Below are positions 24,943 through 31,746 of a stretch of DNA of 39,406 bases, piece after piece. Location: positions 1 to 39,406 of the IMG/VR virus record IMGVR_UViG_3300017681_000004. One strand, written 5' to 3'. The notes under the pieces were generated by a model. The model was not told the DNA's origin. It worked only from the letters and a program-made list of their open reading frames with translations, and made no database searches. Source of the stretch: a virus. The translations under genes and the position numbers were made by a program. Every line of letters begins with the position of its first letter. Within the stretch, counting starts at the first letter, position 1.

Positions 24943-24966
24943 CTATCCCCACGGGTTGTCGTCAAC
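24943..24966 (-). repeat. Repeat R2: GTT GAC GAC AAC CCG TGG GGA TAG
   Basis: Second copy. Lies in the +1 frame relative to the Zn-ribbon gene, whose stop (24962-24964) is inside it. Also provides a TTGACG box (24960-24965). Confidence 0.85.
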
Positions 24967-25192
24967 CTCCTCCGGCCAACTCGCGGACGTCGTCTGGGTG
25001 CCCCGCCTTAGAAGAAACACTCCACGAATTCCCGCAGCTATGGCAAGTGCGGGTTCTTGTCGTCGTGTTTGGGTCAAGCCCTCCGATCTGGTTGCCACGC
25101 TTGTCATACGTCGGCGTCCATCCCATCAGGGTCATCATGCTGCCGCTGTAGCTGAATCGGCAGTCCTCACGCGCGCATTCGTCCATCGTCAT
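24962..25192 (-). CDS. Small zinc-ribbon protein (76 aa)
   Basis: CAREDC...CHSCG four-Cys pattern. ATG 25190-25192 overlaps the portal stop (ATGA). The ORF track lists 24962..25198. Confidence 0.6.
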   Translation of the reverse strand: MTMDECAREDCRFSYSGSMMTLMGWTPTYDKRGNQIGGLDPNTTTRTRTCHSCGNSWSVSSKAGHPDDVRELAGGG

Positions 25193-25209
25193 CCCCATGG
25201 GTTGTCATC
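25189..25209 (-). repeat. Repeat R1: portal 3' end GAT GAC AAC CCA TGG GGA TGA
   Basis: Prototype copy. These are the last six codons plus the stop of the portal gene. Confidence 0.85.
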
Positions 25210-27249
25210 CTCTGGCTCCGGCTGCGCCCACAGCCCGCCATCCATCCCTTCCGGGTCGCTCGGGACCGGCCCCTGCATGGCCTGCTCTGTCGGCCCCTCA
25301 GGCGCGATCTGGGGCACGGCGGACACATGCGCGTCGACCATCGTCTTGACCGTCTGCGCCTGCTCCTTGCCCGCCTGAACGCCGATCTTGCCCGTCTCGG
25401 CCTGCACCTTGCCGACCGTGGCGCCGGCCTGTGCCGCCTGAGCCTGCTTCAGCGTGGTCTCGGCCTGCGTTTTGCCGACGTCGGCCTGTGCCTGCGCTAG
25501 TTCGATCTGCGCCGCCTGCTGGACCGCCGGGTTCGGCTGCTGCGCCTTTTCGATCTCGCCCATGGCCTCCTTTTTCACAGAAGCCGGCAGGGCAGACAGT
25601 TTCAGAATCAGCCCAGGCGGGATCTGCTGCCCGTTCTGAGCCAGAGCGAGCAGCGTATCGAAGGCGTCGGCCATCGCGTTGACGTTGTCCGGCCCCTCAT
25701 CGATCAGGATATCGACATCGAGCGAGCCGAGCGCGTTCACGAGCACCTGTTGCCCGAGTTCGCCCTGTTCGGTGCCATTGACTTGAAGGAACTCGGTCAG
25801 TCCTTCGCTGTCGGTGACGCGAATCCAGCGCTCTGCGGTCCAGAATTGCTGAACAGCCGACCAAATCGCACGATATACCCGGATTTTCCATCCGCGGTAG
25901 CGAAGTAGAAACGGACCAAGCTCGGCGATCCCTGCCTGCTGTAGCAACTGTATTGCCCGGCCAGACTGGTTCTTGCCACCTTCGCCGACGAGCGATGGAT
26001 TGGGCCCGAAATTGTCGATTTCGTTCTTGGCGTCCTCAAGAAACGCCATATTCCCCTGAAAATCCGCAGTGCCCTGCTCGACCTCATATTTCCCATCCGT
26101 GTTTAGCTCAATGAACCCGTCAACGCGCGCCTCCTCACGACGGGCAACCTCGACGTCATCGACCACGCCCCGCTGCGCACGGATCTTCCGGCTGTTCAAG
26201 CTGTGCAGGGCCTTGGAACGGCGGCGATTGATCTCGTCCTGCGGGCTCTTGAGGTCGCGCACGAACCCATAGCGGTCATCGTCCTGGTCGATCATGTTCG
26301 AGTACATGATGAGCCGGCAGGAGGACGCGCCCTTGTTGTCCTTGAACGGCGACGGGCCGCGTTCGAGCACGATGTCGCCCGTGTAGAAGCAATAGAACCA
26401 GTCGCGGCCCTTGCGATACCAGTGCTCTACGACGCGGACGGTTCGCTCGCGGGTGTTGGTCCATTTGGTCTGACGGTTGGTGTCGGTGGGGTTGTCTTCG
26501 GAGCCTCCCGTTGCAGAGACGCTGTCGCGTACAGACTGTGCGTGATCAGGCCACAACTCGGCGACCAAACCTCCATCCATCCATTTGTGGATACCCATGA
26601 ATGTGGCGTCAGAAAAGTCTGCGCGGGCAGATCGCGGGTCATAGAAAAACTCCCTCGGGTCGATGCGCTGAATCGAGATATCCGGGTCGCCCTGGTCGCC
26701 GGCCTCGACCACGATCTCAAGTCCGCCAATCGCCGACGTGGCTCCATCCTCGGCGCAGTCGGGGCTGATGGATTTCCAGTCGTTCTGATCCAGCACGTAG
26801 TTCAGGACCGCTGTGGCAAGCTCGGCGCCGTCCTCGTGCTTCGGCGTGCGGGCGAACGACTTCGGGTCCTGCCGCAGGCGCTCGAGCAGGCCGACGACGG
26901 CGTTGATCTTCCGCGAGACCCGGTTGAACGTGACCACCGGCTGACCGCGGCCTCGCAGCTTGCGGATCTCTTTCTCGGTCCACTGCGAGCCGTGGCGGTA
27001 TCGGCGCGACTCCTGCGCCTCGTCCATCTCGGCGGACTTCGACCCGAGATAATCGCTGTACTGGCGCCGCAGCCGTTCCAAGCCATCCGCGTCGAGGCCG
27101 TCGAGATCCTTGACGGCGCCCATCTGACGGCCGATCGACCCGCTGGTCTCGACCGTGTAGCGCTCGCCACGGGGCATCCGCGTTTTCATCTCGCGAACGT
27201 CGCCGGGTGCCACCAGCTTTTCGCCGGGGCCGATTAGTCCTGCCGTCAT
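25189..27249 (-). CDS. Portal protein
   Basis: 686 aa, downstream of TerL. Has a RYRHGSQWTEKEIRKLRGRGQPVVTFNRV-type portal N-terminal motif (RYY.G.QW...GRP...N). C-terminal Gln/Ala-rich helix and an acidic tail. Confidence 0.85.
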   Translation of the reverse strand: MTAGLIGPGEKLVAPGDVREMKTRMPRGERYTVETSGSIGRQMGAVKDLDGLDADGLERLRRQYSDYLGSKSAEMDEAQESRRYRHGSQWTEKEIRKLRGRGQPVVTFNRVSRKINAVVGLLERLRQDPKSFARTPKHEDGAELATAVLNYVLDQNDWKSISPDCAEDGATSAIGGLEIVVEAGDQGDPDISIQRIDPREFFYDPRSARADFSDATFMGIHKWMDGGLVAELWPDHAQSVRDSVSATGGSEDNPTDTNRQTKWTNTRERTVRVVEHWYRKGRDWFYCFYTGDIVLERGPSPFKDNKGASSCRLIMYSNMIDQDDDRYGFVRDLKSPQDEINRRRSKALHSLNSRKIRAQRGVVDDVEVARREEARVDGFIELNTDGKYEVEQGTADFQGNMAFLEDAKNEIDNFGPNPSLVGEGGKNQSGRAIQLLQQAGIAELGPFLLRYRGWKIRVYRAIWSAVQQFWTAERWIRVTDSEGLTEFLQVNGTEQGELGQQVLVNALGSLDVDILIDEGPDNVNAMADAFDTLLALAQNGQQIPPGLILKLSALPASVKKEAMGEIEKAQQPNPAVQQAAQIELAQAQADVGKTQAETTLKQAQAAQAGATVGKVQAETGKIGVQAGKEQAQTVKTMVDAHVSAVPQIAPEGPTEQAMQGPVPSDPEGMDGGLWAQPEPEDDNPWG

Positions 27250-27274
27250 GCCTGCCAGCCGCGCGCGAGTGTGG

Positions 27275-27502
27275 TCATTCGGTCAGATGTACCGCAGACG
27301 GGGCACGGGCGCCACTGCGCGTGGTAACGAACCCCTCGCGCCTTTGGTATCGCTCAATCACGCCGCGCAAAGGCGGGTGTTCGCGGTCCTGTCCTGACGC
27401 GAGGACGCGTCCGCGCTGGTCAAGATACCATTCGGCGACGCGACCGCGCCCAAGCGCGTCTTGCCGGCGGGCTGTGCGGGTCAGGCGCTCGCTCAACAGC
27501 AT
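27275..27502 (-). CDS. Hypothetical Arg-rich protein between TerL and portal (75 aa)
   Basis: ATG one nt after the TerL stop. No motif recognised. Confidence 0.45.
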   Translation of the reverse strand: MLLSERLTRTARRQDALGRGRVAEWYLDQRGRVLASGQDREHPPLRGVIERYQRREGFVTTRSGARAPSAVHLTE

Positions 27503-27503
27503 C

Positions 27504-28997
27504 TCAATCCCCCATCAAATCGTCGCCATACGCGCGCGACGCCCCAACCTCTGCATACCCGGTTTCGTCGCCCTTGTCTGGCTTTCTCGGCGGCGCGGCG
27601 GCGAGCGCCTTGTCGAGTAGCTGCCCGATCAGTCCAAGTGCGTCGACTTGGTCGTCATGGACGCCCGCCGGGAAGCGAAGCATTTCGGCTTCGAGCGCGG
27701 ACCTCCATACAGCCGAGGCTGGAACACGTAGCCCGCGACTCGCAATCATGCCGCGAAAAGATTGTGCACGTGTAGCCTTGTCGCCCCGCGTCGGGAACTG
27801 CTCGCGCACCGTGTACGCCTTCCGCTCCTGCATCGCGCGCGTCAGGTACGGGCCCACGCTCGCCTTGATCTGTCCGGTTTCCTCGGCCCATCCTAACGGT
27901 CTCCACTTTTTCACGAGGTCGCAAAACGCATCCACCCACACGTCCGAACTGGCCTGGCCGCGCCAGAGATCCACCAGCCACGGATTGTCCTCGGCATCTA
28001 GCCCGATGACCGCGTGCACCGTGTAATCGCCGCCGTTGGCCGTCACGGCGTAATCCGAGCCGCCGTAGAACCGATATGCCCCACCAGCCGAACGGGCGTC
28101 CTTGGGGCTGGAATCGACGGGGATCAGCCATTCGGCGCGGAAGAAATCGCCCGTGTCCGGCGTCGGCTCCTGCTGGAACAGCGCGGACCACGAGCGCGTG
28201 TCGAGTTCGGCGTGGCGCTTGCGCAGAAATTGTCCGTAGAGGTACGCCGGGTCGTTGTCCCACAGGTATTGCCCAGGCATCCGGCCGAGCGGGTCGCCGA
28301 GCCCTGCGATGGCCGGCATGGTCAAGACGTCCCATCCCTCAGGGTTCGCCTCGGAGACCAGCCCGTCGCGCTCGATCAGCCGGCCCGAGAGGTCGTCCTC
28401 GTGCCATCTGGTATTCGTTATAATTTGGCGGGCGCCGGGTCGCAGTCGGTTTTCGAAGTCGTCGAGGTACCATTCCCAGATACGGTCACGGACAAGTTTG
28501 CTGTCGGCGTCTTGTCGGGAGCGTATTGGATCGTCAACGAGGCCAAGATCGGCTCGGAATCCCGCGATGCCAACGCCCACGCCCGCCGCAAGATACTCTC
28601 GATCTCCCGTCGTGCTCCAGCGCTCAACCGCAGTTTCTCTGAGGCCGTATCCAAGCGTGTGTCCATGACTTGTCGCCAATCCCCTGACTTTTCGAGAAAA
28701 CCGCTGCGCCAACTGCGAATTGTGCGACCCGGCGATGACGTGCCCGCCTTTTTCGTGGGCCAAAAACCACGTCGGAAATAGCACGCTGCTGTACGAACTT
28801 TTGGCTGAGCCGGGCGGCGCGAATATCATCAACTTCCGGATCGACCCGTCAGCGACCGCCTGAAGGTGCTCGCACATGACGCGGTGATGCAACTGCGGCT
28901 GCTGGTCTGCGGGCTGAACGCGCCGGCAGAAGGCTAGGTAATCGCGCCGGAGGTGGCGGCGCTCTAGGAGGAGCGCCGCGGCTTGTTGGGGGGTCAT
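27504..28997 (-). CDS. terL: Terminase large subunit
   Basis: 497 aa. Walker A-like FAPPGSAKSS, LVDDP (Walker B region), nuclease-region TRWHEDDLSGRL. Confidence 0.9.
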   Translation of the reverse strand: MTPQQAAALLLERRHLRRDYLAFCRRVQPADQQPQLHHRVMCEHLQAVADGSIRKLMIFAPPGSAKSSYSSVLFPTWFLAHEKGGHVIAGSHNSQLAQRFSRKVRGLATSHGHTLGYGLRETAVERWSTTGDREYLAAGVGVGIAGFRADLGLVDDPIRSRQDADSKLVRDRIWEWYLDDFENRLRPGARQIITNTRWHEDDLSGRLIERDGLVSEANPEGWDVLTMPAIAGLGDPLGRMPGQYLWDNDPAYLYGQFLRKRHAELDTRSWSALFQQEPTPDTGDFFRAEWLIPVDSSPKDARSAGGAYRFYGGSDYAVTANGGDYTVHAVIGLDAEDNPWLVDLWRGQASSDVWVDAFCDLVKKWRPLGWAEETGQIKASVGPYLTRAMQERKAYTVREQFPTRGDKATRAQSFRGMIASRGLRVPASAVWRSALEAEMLRFPAGVHDDQVDALGLIGQLLDKALAAAPPRKPDKGDETGYAEVGASRAYGDDLMGD

Positions 28998-29143
28998 GCG
29001 ATCTCAGAGATCTCAACTAGAACCCAACCAAGAAGAACGCTTGCCTGTTTTGCAAGGCCCTTTGCCTCACGAAGGCTGGCGCAGTGAACAATCTGCGAAG
29101 TTCCTTGGCTGAACGTCAGCTTGAATTTCCGGTTGGCGGTCAT
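28994..29143 (-). CDS. Small protein translationally coupled to TerL (49 aa)
   Basis: MTANRKFKLTFSQGTSQIVHCASLREAKGLAKQASVLLGWVLVEISEIA. Its stop overlaps the TerL ATG (ATGA). Preceded by the conserved leader GGGAGAGACCAG-ATG. Confidence 0.55.
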   Translation of the reverse strand: MTANRKFKLTFSQGTSQIVHCASLREAKGLAKQASVLLGWVLVEISEIA

Positions 29144-29168
29144 CTGGTCTCTCCCGTTTCGATAAGCC

Positions 29169-29197
29169 TGTGTGACACGCCCTCCCGAGCGTGTCAA
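29169..29197 (-). promoter_or_regulatory. Early-type promoter (TTGACAC box) of the 49-aa/TerL cassette
   Basis: GAAATAAGTGTTGACAC. TTGACA 29192-29197, 17-nt spacer, CACACA 29169-29174. Confidence 0.6.
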
Positions 29198-29205
29198 CAC
29201 TTATT

Positions 29206-29463
29206 TCAGTTGGCAGGCGGTCCCGGCAGCGGCTGCCAGTGCGTCGGCCTAAGATCCTCCCGCACAAAATAAGCTCCCGTGCTTTCATAGCCCTGATCGA
29301 CGTCGCCAAGGTCTGATCGCCAAGCGATACCCTTATAGAGCGGCACCGCAACCGCTACGAACAGATCCGGCATTCCATCTTCTCGATTCCACGAATTCGT
29401 GCCAGGGGCATAAACCAGTATCGGCGTGCCGTCAGTTGGCGCGGTCTCAATCGGCTGCCACAT
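29206..29463 (-). CDS. DUF551-like protein (85 aa)
   Basis: MWQPIETAPTDGTPILVY...THWQPLPGPP is the pattern I associate with DUF551 phage proteins. Start chosen at the ATG 6 nt after GGGAGGG. Confidence 0.6.
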   Translation of the reverse strand: MWQPIETAPTDGTPILVYAPGTNSWNREDGMPDLFVAVAVPLYKGIAWRSDLGDVDQGYESTGAYFVREDLRPTHWQPLPGPPAN

Positions 29464-29482
29464 CGTCATCCCTCCCAACGAC

Positions 29483-29507
29483 AAGGGCGCCCTGGATGGG
29501 CGCCCTT
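29483..29507 (-). other. GC hairpin between cassettes (weak terminator or attenuator)
   Basis: AAGGGCGCCC-ATCCA-GGGCGCCCTT, 10-bp perfect stem followed by GTCGTT, right after the stop of the 40-aa ORF. Confidence 0.45.
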
Positions 29508-29511
29508 TGCC

Positions 29512-29634
29512 TTACGCGGCCGCCGGTGCGAAATAGCACCCCTTCCGCTCCCGCACGAACCGCCCGGCCTCTGCGAGCGTCAGACCCCAAGCGATCTGGC
29601 GGCGGCTCTTGGCGTCGATGATTTGGTAGGTCAT
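29512..29634 (-). CDS. Small protein (40 aa, below the ORF-track cut-off)
   Basis: Hand translation MTYQIIDAKSRRQIAWGLTLAEAGRFVRERKGCYFAPAAA. Has its own promoter and the leader ACGGGAGACCAGCAA-ATG. Confidence 0.5.
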   Translation of the reverse strand: MTYQIIDAKSRRQIAWGLTLAEAGRFVRERKGCYFAPAAA

Positions 29635-29661
29635 TTGCTGGTCTCCCGTTCCGATGTGTTT

Positions 29662-29690
29662 GTTATACGTCGGCGCTATTGGCGTGTCAA
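29662..29690 (-). promoter_or_regulatory. Early-type promoter, near-consensus sigma70 (TTGACA-17-TATAAC)
   Basis: GAAATAACCGTTGACAC. TTGACA 29685-29690, TATAAC 29662-29667. Confidence 0.75.
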
Positions 29691-29693
29691 CGG

Positions 29694-29927
29694 TTATTTC
29701 TCAGTATCCGCCAGATGAAGGCCGAGCCTAGAATTTAGAACCCCCGGCTTTCCCGACGCTTCACGGGACATCGTTCCGAAACTATGGAAGTGCGCGTAGG
29801 CGTCAAGGCTCTGCGCCATAGCACGCGCCGGCTTGAGGTATCGTCTAGCATCGGCGTCCGACGCAAAAGGGCCAGCAAGAAGCGCAATGCGCCTCCCGCT
29901 GACCATGCTGACGTAAAATTCTCGCAT
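29694..29927 (-). CDS. Hypothetical protein (77 aa)
   Basis: MREFYVSMVSGRRIALLAGPF... is the C-terminal part of listed ORF 29694..30191. ATG overlaps the upstream stop (TGATG). Confidence 0.5.
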   Translation of the reverse strand: MREFYVSMVSGRRIALLAGPFASDADARRYLKPARAMAQSLDAYAHFHSFGTMSREASGKPGVLNSRLGLHLADTEK

Positions 29928-30157
29928 CAGACAGCGCGAAAGTGAACAAGCGAGGAGCCGAGGCAGAGAGCGCCAGCAGAGTAGGTGGTGTCCGCGAGAA
30001 GGTCGGACTCGGGCAGGCTGGCGACGATGAGATCGCGGCAGGACATGACGGCCTTGACGAGAACCGAGCGGGTCTTGCGCTCGCTGGTCATCGGCAGAAC
30101 GATGGTCTTGCCAGCGGTGCTGAGAACGATCTGGTAGGTGGTGATTGCCTTGGCCAT
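29927..30157 (-). CDS. Hypothetical protein (76 aa)
   Basis: MAKAITTYQIVL..., preceded by GGGAGAGACCAG-ATG. Confidence 0.55.
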   Translation of the reverse strand: MAKAITTYQIVLSTAGKTIVLPMTSERKTRSVLVKAVMSCRDLIVASLPESDLLADTTYSAGALCLGSSLVHFRAV

Positions 30158-30181
30158 CTGGTCTCTCCCGGCTGATGACCC

Positions 30182-30210
30182 TTTGTGCCATGCCTTGAGA
30201 TCCGTGTCAA
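30182..30210 (-). promoter_or_regulatory. Early-type promoter (TTGACAC box)
   Basis: GAAATAGCCGTTGACAC. TTGACA 30205-30210, 17-nt spacer, CACAAA 30182-30187. Confidence 0.6.
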
Positions 30211-30213
30211 CGG

Positions 30214-30456
30214 CTATTTCAAGATTTCTGCCAGAAGATTCTCGGCCTCGTCAAAGGTTGGCAGATCATTGCAGCGCAGTCTTAACTTCTGCACCATCGC
30301 AACCAGCGCCTCGTGGTTGTTCACGGCGCGGACGATAAACCAAGGATCGCCGCAGATCACGTCGCAAACTGGATCATCGTTGGGCCCGCTCACGATGGTC
30401 ATTGGGTCGCCGGACTCTCGAACCCGCCAAATTTCATCACTCTCGCTCATCGCCAT
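30214..30456 (-). CDS. Hypothetical acidic protein (80 aa)
   Basis: ORF overlapping the upstream gene by 20 nt. No motif recognised. Confidence 0.5.
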   Translation of the reverse strand: MAMSESDEIWRVRESGDPMTIVSGPNDDPVCDVICGDPWFIVRAVNNHEALVAMVQKLRLRCNDLPTFDEAENLLAEILK

Positions 30457-30805
30457 CTCCCACAGCCATCTTGATCAATTCATCGTCGCTGACCTGATCC
30501 GCAGAACGCGAGATCGAGCCGCGGTGCTGCACCTGCGCGAGCTTGGGCGCGAAGTACGGGGCGGCCCAGTTGGCGCACTGAGCGCGCATGTCCGACGTGG
30601 GGTAGACGCGGTGCTCCACGACCTCGCCAGTGACCGGATTCACAGACCGCTCGATCTGCTCCTCACCGCGCGCGAACGACAGAAGAATCTCATGCGGCAG
30701 GAGGCCCGTCGCAGCCGCGCGCTCGGCGTTCTCGCGAGAGAGCTTGTTGCGCACGCCAGGCGGTCGACCACGAGGGTTGTTGGACTTACCAGGGCCAACG
30801 CCCAT
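30437..30805 (-). CDS. Basic N-terminal GRPPG-motif protein (DUF5681-like); candidate DNA-binding protein or small terminase
   Basis: MGVGPGKSNNPRGRPPGVRNK... ATG 30803-30805 has AAGGA 8 nt upstream. The motif resembles N-termini seen in some phage small terminases or DUF5681 proteins (from memory). Confidence 0.45.
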   Translation of the reverse strand: MGVGPGKSNNPRGRPPGVRNKLSRENAERAAATGLLPHEILLSFARGEEQIERSVNPVTGEVVEHRVYPTSDMRAQCANWAAPYFAPKLAQVQHRGSISRSADQVSDDELIKMAVGDGDERE

Positions 30806-30819
30806 CGTCAGATCCTTAT

Positions 30820-30860
30820 GTAAAATATTCCCACGCCGCATTTAGCACGCGTGGCGTGGG
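30820..30860 (-). terminator. Intrinsic terminator-like hairpin
   Basis: CCCACGCC...GGCGTGGG, 8-bp stem followed by AATATTTTAC on the minus strand. Confidence 0.55.
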
Positions 30861-30869
30861 TTGGGGAAG

Positions 30870-30995
30870 TCACGACAGATCGCCGAACAGAACCCGGAAC
30901 ACCCCGGCGACCATTGCGGCGAGCATGATCGTAAAACCTAAGATGCACGTCGCTAGCATCAGATAGACCAGCGCCCATCCCATAAAATCCAGCAT
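30870..30995 (-). CDS. Small membrane protein (41 aa)
   Basis: MLDFMGWALVYLMLATCILGFTIMLAAMVAGVFRVLFGDLS. ATG overlaps the upstream stop (TGATG). Confidence 0.5.
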   Translation of the reverse strand: MLDFMGWALVYLMLATCILGFTIMLAAMVAGVFRVLFGDLS

Positions 30996-31129
30996 CACAG
31001 CCTCCCAGCGTTCAGCAGCAGCCAAACGACACACAGGGCCACACATGCGCCCGTGTAAGCCTCGCGGGTTCGTCGCCACAGCGCGAGGTTCGCGACAGCC
31101 AGAAGCGAAATGATAATCGTAAACGCCAT
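30995..31129 (-). CDS. Small membrane protein (44 aa, below the ORF-track cut-off)
   Basis: Hand translation MAFTIIISLLAVANLALWRRTREAYTGACVALCVVWLLLNAGRL. Two hydrophobic helices. Confidence 0.45.
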   Translation of the reverse strand: MAFTIIISLLAVANLALWRRTREAYTGACVALCVVWLLLNAGRL

Positions 31130-31133
31130 CACA

Positions 31134-31466
31134 TCACCCCCGATAAGACGCCGCAGCGAGCGCAACGGCGAGCATTTTTACGGCGCAGATCGAAGCCGCT
31201 CCGGCTTCGTTGAGCCGTGATGCGGCAGCGGCGGCGAACTCAGAACGCTCATAATCCCCGCTGTGCATGCCATATCGAGCCACCACCCGCCCCGCCATCG
31301 CCGGGTCAGCCTTGAGCGCCGCAACGATGGCGTCCTCGGTCAGGGTAGGGTCCGGCAGGGGCATGTCTCGAACGGCCCGCTGCACGTCGGCGATCCGAGC
31401 GCATGCGGCCTCCATCTCGTCGCGGGCCTGCACAAGCTCGGCGCCGATGTTCAATTCCGTCATCAC
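31134..31466 (-). CDS. Hypothetical protein, first gene of the leftward early operon (110 aa)
   Basis: Ala-rich helical ORF. RBS GGGAG upstream. Confidence 0.55.
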   Translation of the reverse strand: MMTELNIGAELVQARDEMEAACARIADVQRAVRDMPLPDPTLTEDAIVAALKADPAMAGRVVARYGMHSGDYERSEFAAAAASRLNEAGAASICAVKMLAVALAAASYRG

Positions 31467-31746
31467 CCATCTCCCGCCCGGCCAACCCGGTTCCCCTATC
31501 TGACACGTCTGCCCAACCCTGTAAATACCCTTGAACCCCTATTATCTATTTTGTGGATCGGTTAGATGTCATAAGGCGTATACCAAATTACATGAAAAGT
31601 TTATATATTAGCATATATAGAATAGAGACTTATAGGCCGATTCCGAATTTCGCCGATGACATCTATGCGACGGTCAAAATAGGCCATGCAGTTGACGGCT
31701 CCCAATCGATGCGTTAAGCCAGACCCACAAATAAGGAGATAGGCCG
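31467..31746. promoter_or_regulatory. Divergent early control region with AT-rich core (candidate origin / operator region)
   Basis: Leftward TTTACA (31520-31525)-17-CAGATA (31497-31502). Rightward TTGACG (31692-31697)-17-TAAGCC. 27% G+C in 31561-31620. Inverted repeat AGATGTCAT/ATGACATCT (31564-31572 / 31656-31664). ATAGGCCGAT at 31632-31641 and 31738-31747, plus ATAGGCC at 31679. Confidence 0.6.

Larger units (their letters stand above)
24121..24961 (-). other. ORF-poor, highly structured segment inside the late operon (tandem promoter/terminator mini-cassettes)
   Basis: No protein-like ORF of 60 aa or more. Three to four TTGAC(A/G) boxes, two strong intrinsic-terminator hairpins and several long stems. 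See the component features and findings. Confidence 0.7.

Noticed and set aside
24940-25000. Programmed frameshift from the Zn-ribbon frame into the R2 (DDNPWG) frame
   Set aside because: It would require a +1 shift, and I see no slippery heptamer or rare-codon/stop context upstream of 24966. It is mentioned only as something a reporter assay could exclude.
24743-25212. CRISPR array formed by repeats R1-R3
   Set aside because: There are only three copies, spaced 195 and 246 nt apart, far longer than CRISPR spacers. One copy is the portal coding end, and no cas genes are present.
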